Below, one piece after another: positions 61,869 to 64,000 of a DNA stretch of 64,000 nt (position 1 is the stretch's first letter; each line of letters starts with the position of its first letter). The position numbers were made by a program, and so were the translations under genes. Source of the DNA: the human T2T-CHM13v2.0 reference genome, Homo sapiens; the NCBI RefSeq assembly GCF_009914755.1, contig NC_060948.1. The stretch is one strand, 5' to 3'. The notes under the pieces are model-generated. The model made no database searches and was not told where the DNA came from. It worked only from the letters and a program-made list of their open reading frames with translations.

Positions 61869-64000
61869 AGATCCATATTTTTTAAATGAAAAAAAATTTC
61901 AAAGGTACTCTGCTTGGTACAATAATCAAATGTATAAACTGAGGAATAAAACATAACCATGAAACCTACTTATAACTGCATATGGAAAATACAGAGGATA
62001 ATTTTTTAAATAACATATTTTGAAAGCCTTAACTAGTAATTTGAAGAGTTGGCATTTGAAAGGCCAGTATGAATATACCTTCAAAGCAGCAACACAGGTT
62101 CCCCATGAGAAAAAGCAAACACAGGGAAAATAAAAACACAAAGGTTCAATCTCTTCTGACCTTTGAAAGACACAGCACAGACAGTGGTCCTTAGGACGAA
62201 GAGCAGGAGACCCCTAATTCCGTCACCATGGCGATACGGCATAAACATTGCTGGGTGAGGGCACAATCCACATTGTGAGGTCCAACTGCTGCCAGGAAGA
62301 CAGGAGTGCTTTTACATAGACCGAAAGGTCATTGAAGGCTCAGAGTTTTGTTTCAAGAACTGAATCCCAAGCCCACACGTTATTAGGCTGCGCTTCTTAA
62401 AACAAGTTATGAGATGGGAAAAAGGGCACCCACAAACATACGTATACATTATGTATATAATAACATACAGTATCATATATATACTATATATAACCTATGT
62501 ATAATATTGTTTTACATCCTGCATCTTATGTTATATATATTGTATAAAATATAATAATTGATAATATATAAGTTTTATAATTATAAAATATGACATATAG
62601 TATATATTATAATTTATGACATATATAATATATGTTATATATCATATATAGAATACATTATACGGTTAATATACGTATTAAATATAAATTATACATTATA
62701 TATATTATATATAATATATCTGTTATATATAATACCCATTATGCATAATATATATATTATGTCTATGTTATATATAGTATAAAACAACATATAATAATAT
62801 ATAATTGTATATATAAAATGCGACATATAATATATATTATATTTTATAACATATGTAATATATATTATATATTATATATAATACGTTGTATGTATAATAC
62901 CTATATTAAATATATATTATATGACTATGTTATTAATTACATGTCACATGTGTTATATATTATATATTTTACATAGAATATACCGGTTACATACAATATA
63001 TACTATGTTACCTATAATGTATAATTTATTACATGTAAAATAAAGAATGCAATATATTATGTATAATTTATAATATACCATATGTGGAATGTGATATATA
63101 TAACATATAATATATGATATATGATGTACAGTATATGATATATAACATACAATATATGATTCCTAATATATATGGTACACAATATATATTTTATGATATG
63201 TATTCTATATGTTTTATATTCTGTTATATATAACTATTTGAAATTATATATAACTGTATAATATTTTATGTAAATATGTAATATAATATATATAACTACA
63301 TAATATATTATAAATAACTATATATTATGTTATATATACTTTTATAACATAATTTACATAAAATATCATAATATAACATATATTATATTATTTCATATTA
63401 CATAATATATATTACATATCACCCAATATAACTAACATACATAATATTATAATATAGATTATATTATGTTATATTAAATATCATATATATCATGTATCAT
63501 ATATTCTATAATATATATTACACATTATATAATATGTATGTTGTCTATTATGTGATATATATAACTATATATATAATTATATTTTTATACATATAACTAG
63601 ATAAACATGTAATTCTACATATTTTCATTTATAATATGTAGAATTATATAATCATATATAATTATTTATATTCTATAAAAAATTTTATCATTATATAAAT
63701 TCTAATATATAAAAATTATAATATGTACTACAAATATATATATTATATATCATATATGATATAGTACCTTTGTTATATATCATAATACATATAAATGTGT
63801 ATTATGTTATCTATAATTATATAATTTCATATATAAGATGTATAATATGTATCATATATTATATATGTTATGTAATATATACAGTATATATAAGATGACA
63901 CAGGATAAATATTATATACTATGACATATAAAATATATGAGGTTATATGTTACATATAAGGCATAGCACATAACATGTAATATATATCATATATAATTTT

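Overview
The whole 64-kb window is one uninterrupted head-to-tail tandem array of a ~2.42-kb unit (spacings 2418/2419/2420 bp, ~26.5 units, all in one orientation). Each unit has three parts: a diverged, 5'-truncated AluY/Sc-type element on the minus strand (~292 bp), a ~570-bp mixed-sequence segment (HSATI-like) and a ~1.56-kb extremely AT-rich block. This architecture and a predicted 2,144-bp HaeIII fragment match human DYZ2 (HSat1B), most likely Yq12 heterochromatin; small acrocentric HSat1B arrays cannot be excluded from sequence alone. I find no credible protein-coding or RNA genes, and all ORFs are by-products of the repeat. I do not see a new gene system. The interesting signal is in the variants between units: a young 4-unit (9,674-bp) higher-order repeat containing a chimeric unit, an older 2-unit (4,838-bp) duplication, a mosaic with traces of a 3-unit repeat at the left end, a probable conversion tract, and a variant that removes the first Pol III-type terminator behind the Alu in 16 consecutive units. 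All variant calls were made by eye, not by alignment.
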